A stretch of DNA of 64,000 nucleotides from contig OZ316895.1 in assembly GCA_973895155.1 (NCBI GenBank), positions 10,032,184 to 10,096,183 of the forward strand, read 5' to 3'. Below, piece after piece: positions 36,863 through 48,749 of the stretch (its first letter is position 1; every line of letters starts with the position of its first letter). Under the pieces are notes generated by a model. It was not told the DNA's origin. It saw nothing but the letters and a program-made list of their open reading frames with translations, and did not search any database. Origin of the DNA: Marsupella aquatica (lineage: Eukaryota > Plantae > Marchantiophyta). The translations under genes and the position numbers were made by a program.

Positions 36863-39625
36863 TGCGGTATCGTCTTCTTCCGGCAGTCTTCGTCGGGACA
36901 AACAGACAATTCTTCATAAAAGGCTCGATGGTCCCCTTCTGCTCTACAGTACATCGTAAATCCAGAAGTCTCCAGTGGGGCGCACTACTGCACTACAGTA
37001 CTTCGGAGTTCGGACATTGGGACTTTCTTCAGCAGCAGTGGGAAGTCTTTCTGGCACGTCAATGATTACCGCCAGCGCAGATTCATCGCTCTGGTCGTTC
37101 GAACAAGGAAGCTTTTCACGGGGTCCTCCTGCTCTGTCTTTCCTGTTGAATGAACAGCTTTAGGAGGGTTTCCTTTCGTATTTTGGGTCTTTTTCCTAAG
37201 GAAAGATCGGTTTTACTAGGGTTTTCGTTTTGTGTTTTGGGTGTCTCTAGTGCACTTAGCCGCCCTTACCAAACCTAGGTTTTAAGTGTTCTTAATGTTT
37301 GAAGTGGTGTTTGAATTCTACACAAACCTTCAGGAGCAAGCACCAACTCCCATCCAAAGTCGCACTTGCTCCTGAGCATGACTCACGCTCAATCGCCTCT
37401 ACTGTCTGCATAAGCAACTGACCCAACCGGCAAGTAAGTTGTCTTGATCTCAGATCCCAAGACCATTGTCTTGCCTCAAACTTGATAGTCCTTAATAATT
37501 AAGTAAGTCAGCAGATAGAGCATCCTAGCCCGCGTGGCCTTGCCATAAGCAAAAGCTAAGGTTGGTCACCCCCTGTTCATCCAAAACAACCTCTCTATCG
37601 GGTGCCGCTCAAGCTTCCCAACTTTTGATCCGTCATCGGTTGATGGCCCTGCCTCCAAAACATGCCCATGGCCTACCTTGTCCCAAAGTTTGTCCCAAGC
37701 GTCGGGACCAACTTGGTCCCCATTCTAGCGACCGTCTCTAGGGATCCAACTCAACCATGATTCTGAGGGCATGATGCACTTGGACCTCAACACCCATGCC
37801 TACTCTGTTTTGCCTCCCCAACGCAAGCTCCTATGGGAAACTGAACATGTTTGGCTGCTATTTTGGTAGTATTGACAAGTGGGCGAGATAGCCCTTGCAA
37901 ACCATGAGAACCAAAGGCACCCCTAGACCAGATAGGGAAGATGTAGTACTCCTCAAGAGCTTACCAACGCACCAAGTAGTCCTCTATGAGGAGATATTAT
38001 CGTTTTTGTTTGACGGTTCCCCTTAGTAGCGTGATTGCCGCACTTCACCCTTGCCCAGTGGGCGACACCACTCTCCTCATATATGCTTGTGGATACCTAT
38101 CATCGCCGGACCAACTTTGGCCCTCTATTTTTGGCCCCCCATCCCATCTCGACTCCAACCAAGTTGATTGGACACAATTAAAGCTAACTTGCTAAGCCCA
38201 TAACTTTCTAGTTAGATATCCCTAGGCAAATTGCCTTAGCCCGTTGTGGTTGATGTGGTGCTTATGCCCGTGCCCTCAAGACTTGTTGTCCATCAAGCGT
38301 CCTGGTCGGCTCAACACTAACAATGTCCTTTCTCAGGCGTAAAGCGCCCGTTTTGCATGAACCAAACTTCTATGCACTTAGGCCAACAAGGAGCTCTCAC
38401 TCAAGCCCTCAGAACTCATAGTCCATCTGGGGGTCCGAACGGTCCAATCCAAGCCCAGTCTATCCCATGGCCCAACCATCCTTTAACGCCAATTTGACTC
38501 TTGTGCTCTAGCCCAATGCTTTGCCTTTGTTAGGGCAATGCTTCCTTGCTCTCAAGTCTCCTCATGCTTAGTCCCCTTCAGGATGGCCATCCCAACACCT
38601 GGACCATAGATCGAGGAGCTTGGCATTGGAGTCAGTGATGCTGGAGCTCACTGGTAGGGTAGTCAAGTTCCGCATGCAATTGTGTCTTTCTTGTGGAAAG
38701 ATTGGCTTTAGGTGAGATTTCTTTTGTGTTTTGAGCAGGTGGCACTATTGGCCCTTGAGGTTTAGTTAGCAAAACTTTTGCACAAACACATTATGACCGT
38801 TAGATCTATCTTTGGTCAGATTTGGAACATTGATTCTAGAGAATAAGCTTCTAAAACATTTTAACTGGCCTGTTTGACTTCACTTTGTAGCAAATGTGCT
38901 AAAATGTGCATAGAAGGGAAACACTGGTCCAAAGCATGGCGCAAGGTTTCCATCTTCACAAAGGACTGAGTCCGTGTAGGGAAACCCACCCATGGGATGG
39001 AGGGGGTTTAATCTTGTAAGGAACCCATGGTTACCCTTGGCAGTTTGTACTTCATGCTGCTATTCCCACAATCTTGTCCCGAATCTTGTGCCTGGAAATT
39101 TATTGTCAAATAGTTTTTTTCCCAGAATAGTATTACGGGCAGAAACCTATGCCTAGGCAGGGTTTATATAGTCTATAACCTGCTAACGGAATGTTCAGAA
39201 ATTCTTCCTAGCTAGCTCCATCGGTATGATACTTAGGGTTACAACCTAGTAACCACCACCCAAACTTTAGTTTTTGTATACTTTGGGCATGGTCCAGACT
39301 ACATCATGAGGTATCTGTCTGCACCAACTGAAGCACTGATTCTATGTAAATAACCCACCCATTGGCTGGAGAGGGTCATGGGGTAAAACCCCTAAGGGCA
39401 ATGAGCCCAAGCCCGGGGATTACAGCCTATAACCCCAAACAGACCTAGGTTACCAAACACAAATCCTCCTTATGAGTCTTTGAGAACTCATGCTTAGGAG
39501 GAATCACTGCCTTAATTCTGTGCCAGTAAAAATAAAATTTAATTCACAGAATCTTGGGGCCCTCCCTTAGTTTCAGGTTTGGAGAATTTTCGAGCCCTAC
39601 CTTTAACCCTCAGACTTGTCTGACA
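36863..39625. mobile_element. Probable solo LTR, 2.76 kb
   Basis: Begins TG and ends GACA; 5-bp direct repeat TCCAC at 36858-36862 and 39626-39630; no coding capacity inside. Confidence 0.55.
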
Positions 39626-40741
39626 TCCACTTCAATTTGGGGCAAAGGAGCAATCAGAGTCAGGACCATTACTCTGACCGTGACAAAGAGACCATGTGAG
39701 CCAGTAGGGAAATATGGAGACATGGGATTTTAGCACACTCAGCAAAAATAAACCTAACAATAAGAACAAAATTATGATTCCTGATAAGATAGAAGTAGCC
39801 ACATGCAGGACATTATGAGACTTTGCAATAGGGGTAGAAACACACACTTTAGGATTCCAAATCTCCAGGGATGCTATTAGAGCCAAATACAGGACGGTGG
39901 CTTTACTGGCTTCCACGGCCTTACTAGAGGTTTTAATTGTCTGCCATGTGTTTTTTGCAGCGCCGGCACTTGGCCCTTCTTGTTCCTTTGCTCAGGCGGC
40001 TTTCGCTCACCTGCCTAGTATTGACGGCTTTGCGCCCCCTTCCCCAAAAAACCAAAAAAACCTCGGTCTTGTCAGCTCATTTTGATATGGAAAGAAGAAA
40101 AGAGATTCCGTACTTGTAAAGCCACCCTAAAATTCTCCACCAATAGTCTAGAGTTTGGCCCCACTTTGAGAACAGGGGTGCAGTCATAAACATAAGTACA
40201 ATCCCACCCCATCTGATGGATTGAAGAAATCCTATTCATGATACAAAATGTACAGTAAATCTCTCCTAGAATGGTGGATGCATGGCCAATGGATAAAGAA
40301 CTCCCCTGAATATTTTCAAGCAAGGAATGCGAGGAATTTCCATGAAACAATGAATCTTCCATTCCACAATAAATTGAATAACCTCCATGATTGAATTAAA
40401 TTTCTAGGAAACAAGCCTTTCCAAGGTTTGCATTTTTCAGTGGCTCCTCATTTCAATGTCCACAGTTGAATGGAGTACAGGAATTTCCTGGAAACAAAGA
40501 ATCTTCCACAGTAAGTTGAATTCTCTCAAAATTTTCTAATGTCCCATAATTTGTACATGTAATTTTCATTTCATACAAACAAATTCCATGGCATTCAACT
40601 TTATTCAAAGTGTCCAGACTGAGTTTTTTAGTTAAATATACTTCCATAATAATATTTTCAATTTGTGTAGTGTTTTTCCTGTAGTTCATACATTTCTGCC
40701 TCTATCATTCCATCTAGACAGCCTTACATGTTATAGGTGTA

Positions 40742-40865
40742 CTAGCCCAAGTCTGTGCGTTGCACAAAAGGTGTCGAGGTGAGAAAAAGATCAAGCTGAG
40801 GACAAGGTGCTGAGGTGAGAAAAAGGGGGAGAAAAAGATGTGAAGATGATGAGAAGATGTCAAGA
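40742..40865 (-). mobile_element. Helitron 3' end fragment
   Basis: Minus strand reads TGTGCAACGCACA (hairpin)...GGGCTAG|T, followed by the same GAGGTGAGAAAAAGA units seen at 46.8-47.2 kb. Confidence 0.55.
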
Positions 40866-40869
40866 TAAT

Positions 40870-41540
40870 CTATTTAGTAATCTGCAACGCCCTAGAGCCT
40901 GAGAAGAGCCAAAGCGCCATGATCCTCCACACAAATGTTTTAGCCTTTGTGGAAAGATCAGCAGTCCACACCACTTTCCAAACACTACTCCATTCGATCT
41001 CAGTCAAAGTTTCATTCCAGATCCGGTTTAGCCTAATGAAATTAGAGCTCTTAGGGTGAAGCATTTCCTCACTGACTGTTAGGTAGATTAAGGCATATAG
41101 GTACAGAATCCTTGTCAAGCCACCGCCATTGACATGCCAGAGGGACACCCTTCCCCGGAAGAATAGACCTGTGGATAGCACTGATAAATTAGAGGCACAA
41201 GTTCTTTGCTTCACTAATCACCTCAATCTGAGAAAAGTTTAGCATCCAAGTATCTCCATTCACAATCCTGATAGTGGACCAGAGATTACCTACTACCCTA
41301 ACTTCTAACCTCCCACATAGCTTAACTATGGCTACTAAGTTTGCTTCAGGAAGGCCAACTATAGGGGTTTTTAATACCAAATTTGGGAATATTCTGAGAA
41401 TATTCCATAAAGAAAATAGGAAATTTTCACTTATTTTGTTAATTTTCAGGGTGCTCACAAGGGTGCTTATTACTTGAAACTTTGAAAACTTTGCATGTGA
41501 TCTATGGGACCTCCCTTGGAACGAGGTCCCCGAGAAAATC
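40870..41540 (-). pseudogene. L1/Tx1 LINE ORF2 3' fragment (zf-RVT region)
   Basis: EWSSVWKVVWTADLSTKAKTFVWRIM resembles the zf-RVT W..IW....P.K.K.F.WR motif; frameshifted. Confidence 0.65.
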
Positions 41541-43720
41541 ATTAAGAAATCCTATATATGTGTCATTGCGGCCATGTTGTTGTTACAGTTATGCAATCAA
41601 CGCCCATGTAACTCAATGACTCTATCTCTGCTAGAAGACAGCAGAATACTCTAGCAAACAAACAATATAGTTCAATCAGAATCTGTAACCTTGGACCATA
41701 TATTTCCTCGTCCCATGAAGCTTTCATTTCATGTTGCCATTCTGTGTACTGCTGGCTGGCATCCAAGTGCGACCAAAAGCTCTGGTGTTGCGTTCAACAA
41801 TAGACTAAAGCCATGATTTTGTGGAGCAACGAGCACTTTAAGAGTGAGGCTCTGTGGGCAAAATAAGGACAGCCCTATTACATCATCTACACTTTTGTCC
41901 GGGCTTTTGTATGAAGGACGGGGATTCAACTTGTATTGGTGTAAGACATGTTGGAAGTGAACCACACTCAAACTCATAATGGTGCAGGCATGAAGGGCCT
42001 TTAGGTCAATGGTAGAGCACTACCATGTACATGAGAGGTACTAGGTTTAAAAGTTCCGATTTAAAGGTTCCTAAGAATTCATAGCCTGACAAGATGGAAT
42101 GGCAAAAAAAAAGCTCAAGGGACTGGCCCAATTTTTAGGAAGGCAAGTTCAAATGAGTTGAGCATCAGCCTCTTGGGTCAGCGAGGAATAACAGGATGCA
42201 TGGTCGCAGCTTTCAATGGGGTTTCAGGAGGTCTTGAGCTCAGCACACCAAAATGGAGAACACTAACCCCTGTTACACAACACAACCTTCTAAACGAAAT
42301 TAAAAAAATGGTCCAGTATGTGGTAATCAATGTGATTTCCAGAATCAGTTCTGCTGAATTTGTTACATAGCTGATTTAAGGGACGTAGCACTTTACTTTC
42401 ATTGTTTGTGCCTCGGTTTGTGCGCATTAGAGCATAACCACCGTACTAGAGAGCGAAGGTATATTCCTGTAGAAAATGCACCTCCTGGTAAGTGCGCATT
42501 AGAGTACAACCACCATACTTAAATAGCTAGACCACGATGTGGTTATTCTGCTTAGTTTCCTTTGATATTCATGTTTTAGCACTTTCTCTCTAGGTAGAGG
42601 GATATGCTCAATAGACCCCCTCCAGGAGAAACTTTACTTGATCAGCCCCCTCCAAACTTTTTTGCCCCAATCAGCCCCCTCATTATGGCCCATACCCTTT
42701 TCCCCCATGTAAGGCCCTATTCCCCCGTGTAAGGCCATATTGCACAGTTTTCAGCCATGCCACCACGCAGGGTCGCCTCCGTAGTCGACCATGCGACTCC
42801 GCTGCAGTAGGGCCGCAATTACGCGGTTTTGTGTTCTCGCACTATGGTCCCTTATGATTGTGAATACATTGTGGTTTATGTATTCAACAAAATTTCTGTT
42901 TTAGGGCGCACATTGTCGGGGCGCGGTTTAGGGTCAAGCGCGAGAGTCATTTGTCGAGGGTGGGATCGAGATTTTTCATTGTTTTACGGAGGGGACTGAG
43001 GCATCGTTCATGGAGGTGAGGCATCGTTTGCTGCTGGCGGCTGGCCATTTTGGGGAGGTTCATGCTTTGATCGTGTGCACATTTCATTGTTCGATGCCAA
43101 AGGAGAGCTTGAGGTCTGAGTCGCGGCCCACTACTAGGATCGAGTAGTGTTCATTCACCCCATTCTCCGAGATTTCTTTCACATTGTAGTGCCTGCCAGA
43201 TTGTTGGTGGGTTGTTTTGGTTTGGTGAGAGTGTCTCCCTTTGCTGTTCTTCAATTCCACAGGAGGATTGTCCGCCCGCCAATGTAGCCCAAGAAACTGT
43301 TTAATCCTGCATACCATAACATGAATGACGTCTCCTGCATTATCTTATCCATCTGGTCGTAAGTTCTTCTGCATTGTTTAGATTTGCATTGTTCAGATTA
43401 GTTCAGATCATTTGCAGAGTCTCCTTGTTCTTGTGCATTTTTGTCACCATGAAATCCATGTCCTCCAGTTCTGTTGCATAGTTTGAATACATGGATAACA
43501 GTGTAGGGCTAGGTTGCATTTGGGAGTTCAATCCTGTTCTTTGAATTTGTGGCTTCAGCGGGGGCTTCAGTTTCCTCTCAGGATTTTGTGGTTGCTTGCG
43601 AGCTTTAGGCAAAGTGGACTTCACGAAAGGGATTAATCTGCATCCCACTTGAACCCGTCTGTCTTTGTTTCTTGGTCGAAGCACTAGGTATGATTTCAGC
43701 TCTTTTTGCCTAAGTATAAA

Positions 43721-44018
43721 CTCGGGGGTTTCACTTCCACAAAAATGGCATATCACATGCGACGAAGGATAGGGTCATTTTATTGGTTCTAAGGGAAGAC
43801 TTAAGAATTTTTGTAGAAGAACAATAGGGTCTTTTAAATTCAATTTTGAGACTTATAAGAACATTAGGGTCTTTTTAATCCAATTTTTAGAATATTCCAA
43901 GAATATTCCAACTTTATAGGGATTAAAAAATATATAAAAAATTCTTACATTTTAGGGGGTCCGAGGCCTAAAAACGTCACAGGCGATGGGGAGGTCCCCA
44001 TATAGTGAGACCCCCGAG
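43721..44018 (-). mobile_element. MITE with CTCGGGGGTYTCACT TIRs and 8-bp TSD, nested in the MULE
   Basis: TSD AGTATAAA at 43713-43720 and 44019-44026. Inverted homolog at 63024-63320. Confidence 0.92.
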
Positions 44019-45506
44019 AGTATAAATCTTGTAGCACCATTATTTGCAAAGTGCTGAAGAAGTTATTTCTGAATGCTTCATGATGTGCATTGCATCTTGA
44101 ATTTTACAGACGTGGTCTACATGTCGACAAGTTTGAATGTTGTGCGTTTGAATGCGTTTGAATGTTGTGCATGTTTCGAATACCATGACATGAATGTCTT
44201 CAAGTTTTGCTGCCCTGTTTGAATACCAAGACATCCGTGTGTTCTAGTTTTGCTTATATTTGAACCTGTTCTCTTCTTGGTTTGGTCCAGCTATCATTAG
44301 AATCGCCTCTTGTTGTGCTCTTGTTGCAAACATTGATGGGCCGTTTTGTTTTGGTGAGAGTATCTCCCTCTCGGGCTCCCTCTGTTGTTCTTTCAGAGGA
44401 GGATTGTCCATCAATGTAGCCCAAGATACTGTTTCCTGCATTTTTGCATCGTGTTGATGCGCAGAATACCATTACCTGAATGTCTTTTGCATTCTGCAAT
44501 TTTTGATCACCATCACATCCATGTCTTCCGGTTCTGGCACTGCATAGTTTCAATATTACGTGGATAACAGTGCAGGGATTGTTTCCATATATGGCAATTG
44601 AATACTATCCTTGAATTTGTTAATGAAGTTTCCTCTCATGATTTTGTGGTTGCCTGCAAGCTCTAGGCAAAGTGGACTTCACAACAGGGATATGTTGAAG
44701 TTGTGAGCATGAGTATAGGGACCACTTTGCTTCCATTAAGGAGTGGAAAGCAGTACATGACGAAGGTCAAGGTCATAGGCTGGAGAGGTTGGGTTTGATT
44801 TTGAGCCCAACCAAGGTTCAAGCTCAGTTTCCATGGCGCCACGAATGAGAAAAATTCAGGTAGTAGAGGAAGAGAATCACTTCCGACATCGTGTTGATGC
44901 TGAAGGCAAGCATGTGTTTGTCTGCATAGCAAGTATGGTGTTGCTACCAAATGTTGGTCCCAAATGACTGCTTCACAAGATACATTCAGGGAGGCTATTG
45001 ACCAACTCCCGCACCCTTCCCAGTATGCTGACTGAGCATGGACACCCTTCCCGTGTGGTACTAAGCCATTTTTGTGGTAGCTTCAGTGGTCTTCAGATGC
45101 AATGTAGCTTGAGGTAGCTTCAGATACAATGTAGCTTCATTGGAAGGCAAGGAGGCCGATGATACATCTAGACTGCAAAGTCACAATTTGACTTGCAACT
45201 TGTATTGGAAACATTTATGAATAAAAAGCAAGCTGCATTCACTATGTTCTGATGTATAAAAGTTATTCATTCTGCTGGAGACTACCTTCAGTTTGCACCT
45301 TCAGTTGGCTGGTTGTAATTTTATGTGCAGAAATTACACAATTCATTTTGTAATTGCTAGAACAAATGAAATTACATTCCCAGAACAAATTGCCAGGGAT
45401 CTGGACACAATTTGTTCATGGTTGTAATCTGCACATAAAATTACAACCATGAAATTACACCTTCTGACTTCTGCAGACCAAATTTTATGTGCCAACCTTC
45501 TGACCA

Positions 45507-45785
45507 GTCCACATTGTCTTCGCACCACACTTAGCAATTTTTCCAACAACAGGATATTTTGCTTCAAGAAGCCATTTGAGCAGGGGTAAATGGCCGATGT
45601 TGTGGGTTTTGGAAGACATCGTCCACATTGTCTTCGCACCACACTTAACAATTTTTCCAACGACAAGATATTCTGCTTCAAGAAGCCATTTGAGCAGGGG
45701 TAAATGGCCGATGTTGTGGGTTTTGGAAGACATCGTCCACACTCTCTTCGCACCACACTTAGCAATTTTTCCAACGATTTTTCCA
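45507..45785 (+). repeat. 114-bp tandem repeat, about 2.4 copies, inside the MULE
   Basis: GTCCACA.T.TCTTCGCACCACACTTA at 45507, 45621 and 45735. Confidence 0.9.
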
Positions 45786-46296
45786 CCCTTGACAAATGAC
45801 TCTCGCGCTTGACCCTAAACCGCGCCCCGACAATGTGCGCCCTAAAACAGAAATTTTGTTGAATACATAAATCACAATGTATTCACAATCATAAGGGACC
45901 ATAGTGCGAGAACACAAAACCGCGTAATCGCGGCCCTACTGCAGTGGAGTCGCATGGTCGACTACGGGAGGCGACCCTCACTGCATGGTGGCATGGCTGA
46001 AAACTGTGCACTATGGCCTTACACGGGGAAAAGGGCCTTACACGGGGGAAAAGGGTACAGGCCATAATGAGGGGGCTGATTGGGGCAAAAAAGTTTGGAG
46101 GGGACTGATCAAATAAAGTTTCTCCTGGAGGGGGTCTATTGAGCATATCCCTCTCTCTAGGTATGCTGCCATACTTTGATATTCATTATTTAGCACTTTC
46201 AATCATGCTATGGTTGGTTGTACTTTGTATGCATTTATTAGGTATGTCGTTATTCTGGCATACCTTGATTTTCGTTTTTTAGCACTTTATGATGCA

Positions 46297-48084
46297 CTAG
46301 CTCAATACCCGTGTGTTGCACAAAAGATGTAGTGTTGCCCAAGATGTCATTAAGAAAAAAGATGTCGTGTCCTCTAAGATATCGTTAAGATAAAAATATG
46401 TTGTGTTGCTCAAGATGTTGTTAAGAAAAAATATGTTGTGTCGCCCAAGATGCCATTAAGAAAAAAAGATGTGGTGTCGCCCAAGATGTCGTTAAGAAAG
46501 AAAATTGTGTCGCCGAATGTGTCATTAATAAAGAAAAAAGTTATCGTGTCACCCAAGATATTGTTAAAAAAAAAGATGTTGTGACACCCAAGATGTACTT
46601 AAGAAAAATGATATTGTGTCACCCCAAGATGTCCTCGGGGATGTCCTTAAGACAAAAGATATCGTGTCAACCAAGATATTGTTAAGAAAAAAGATGTTGT
46701 GGCACCCAATATGTCCTTAAGAAAAGAAATGTCACATTGCCCAAGATGTCATTAAGAGAAAAGTTGTCGTTAAGTGAAAAAGACGTTGTTAAGACAAAAC
46801 TTGCAAAAAAGATGTTGTGGTGAGAAAAAGATGTTGAGGTGAAAATAGATGTTGAGGTGAGAAAAAGAAGTTGAAGTGAGAAAAAGATGTCAAAGAGAGA
46901 AATGTTGAGGTAAGGAAAAGATGTTGAGGTGAACCTTAAGATGTTAATGAGAAAAAGAGATGTTGAGCTAAGAAATAGAAGTAGAGCAAAAACTATGTCA
47001 AGGAGAGAAAAGATGACGATGTAAGAAAAATATGTGAAAATGAGGAAAAGATATTTAGGGTGAGGGAAAGATGTTGTGGTGAGATAAAAATGTGAAGGTG
47101 AGAAAATAAATTGAGGAGAGAAACAAAAATCAGGGACCTAAACGATGTTGAGGGTGAAAAAAAATTGTCGTGAGATAAAGTTGTCAATGTGAGAAAAAAT
47201 GGCGAGATGAGAAAAACATGTCAAGGCAAGGTAGAGTTGTTGAAAAATATGTCAAGGCAAGGTAGAGTTATTGTGGTGGTGTGCAACAACTCGTGCATAG
47301 AAATTGGAGACTGAAATAATAGTCACCCCAACATAGAGTCCAAGCACAACCAAGTGACAGAAAAAAATATGTTTTTGATTTTAAATTTTTAGAGAAATGA
47401 ATATCATACATATATTATTTATACTCAAGTTTTTTCAAAACTTTAAGGTTATTATCCAACTCTTTAAGTCTTAATTTAATAATTAATTTTTTTTATCTTG
47501 GTTGGGTTTGGGTAGGCTATGAGTAGCTTGGGCAGAGGTAATTGAGATTAATATGGATGGATCCTATAGTTGCAGAAAAAACTATTTTTTTACGTAAGAC
47601 CTAGGATTGTTCCTATTTTTTCTTGATTTTATAAACAATACCATATCCATTTATAGAGTATATCTTATATAGTGACTTATGATACTCTTGCATACAACAG
47701 GGTTAGGTACCTTTTTTGTCATTTGTTTCCACCATTAGATTCTATTTTGTGTGAAAAGTGCATGCAACAGCCAACAGGGTTAGTTACGTTTTTTGTTTTG
47801 TGTGTCCACCAATTGATTACTGTTTGTGCGAAAAGATTTTTTGTACTTTTTGGTTCAGTGTATATTTAATTTGCTTTTGGTTTTATCCCTTCTCTGTATT
47901 GATTACTTCTTTTCTTGGCACTGTATTTTTGAATGAAGACATGGCATAAAAAAGCGCAACCTTGTATTATAGAAGTTAATTTGCTTTTGGTTTTATCCCT
48001 TCTCTTTATTGATTACTTGTTTTTTTGGCACTGTATTTTTGAATGACGACCACAGCATAAAAAGGCGCAACCTTGTATTATAGA
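46297..48084 (-). mobile_element. Non-autonomous Helitron-like element with internal degenerate 20/40-bp satellite
   Basis: 3' end on the minus strand: TGTGCAACACACGGG hairpin...CTAG|T at 46297. Arrays of AAAAAGATGTTGTGTCGCCCAAGATGTCGTTAAG and GAGAAAAAGATGTTGAGGT at 46320-47270. The putative 5' TCTATAATAC end near 47972/48084 lies in a ~110-bp duplication, so this boundary is uncertain. Confidence 0.55.
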
Positions 48085-48749
48085 AGTTAATTGGCTGGTT
48101 GTAATTTTATGTGCAGAAAAGCCAAAAACTCCAGTACATTCCCAGAACAAATTGCCAGGGATCTGGACCGAGACCCTCTTACTGTTCTACGTGCTGATTA
48201 ACGGTGAACCAAACAATTGCCAGTGTCTAGGAGACTTCACAAACATAGGAATGACACGTTGTTTGGTTAGGCATAGACGAGGGCATAGGTAGCGAAGATT
48301 TTGGTCTTCTGATATTTTGGTCTTCTGATTTTGGTCTTCCTGATCTTTTGGTCAATATCAAGTGCCTTAAAATTGACTCTTGACTAAATGGGAGGCACTC
48401 CTGCAGTAGTTGAAAGTCCCACTGCACCAACATGAGCTTCTTCCATTCCATGATGAACGAGTTCCCAACACTCGCCTGCCCACTGTGGATCCATTTGAAC
48501 ATACTAAATCCTCTGAGAGGGGTGAACACGAGGCTTGAAAATATATTACAACAAGAACCAGGAGAGATTTTCTGTACCTTTTTCCCAAAATAATGTCGAT
48601 TCAATCCTTTCTATCATAAGAAACCCTGTTGACCTGTCCCTACACCTCAATCATAATGCCGGGTCATGTGGTGACGTTTGTTTACAATTCAAGCATCTCA
48701 TCCACGCACTTGCGAAGTATAAACATCTCTAGATCTATGCCATAAACCT

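Larger units (their letters stand above)
42597..46153. mobile_element. Non-autonomous Mutator-like element (MULE), 3.56 kb
   Basis: ~360-bp TIRs starting GAGGGATATGCTCAATAGACCCCCTCC (42597-~42955 and ~45790-46153). 10-bp TSD TCTCTAGGTA at 42587-42596 and 46154-46163. No transposase inside. Confidence 0.93.

Noticed and set aside
45343-45795. 150-aa ORF with repeated CGRC motifs as a zinc-finger gene
   Set aside because: Arises from the 114-bp tandem repeat next to the MULE TIR; no supporting domain context.
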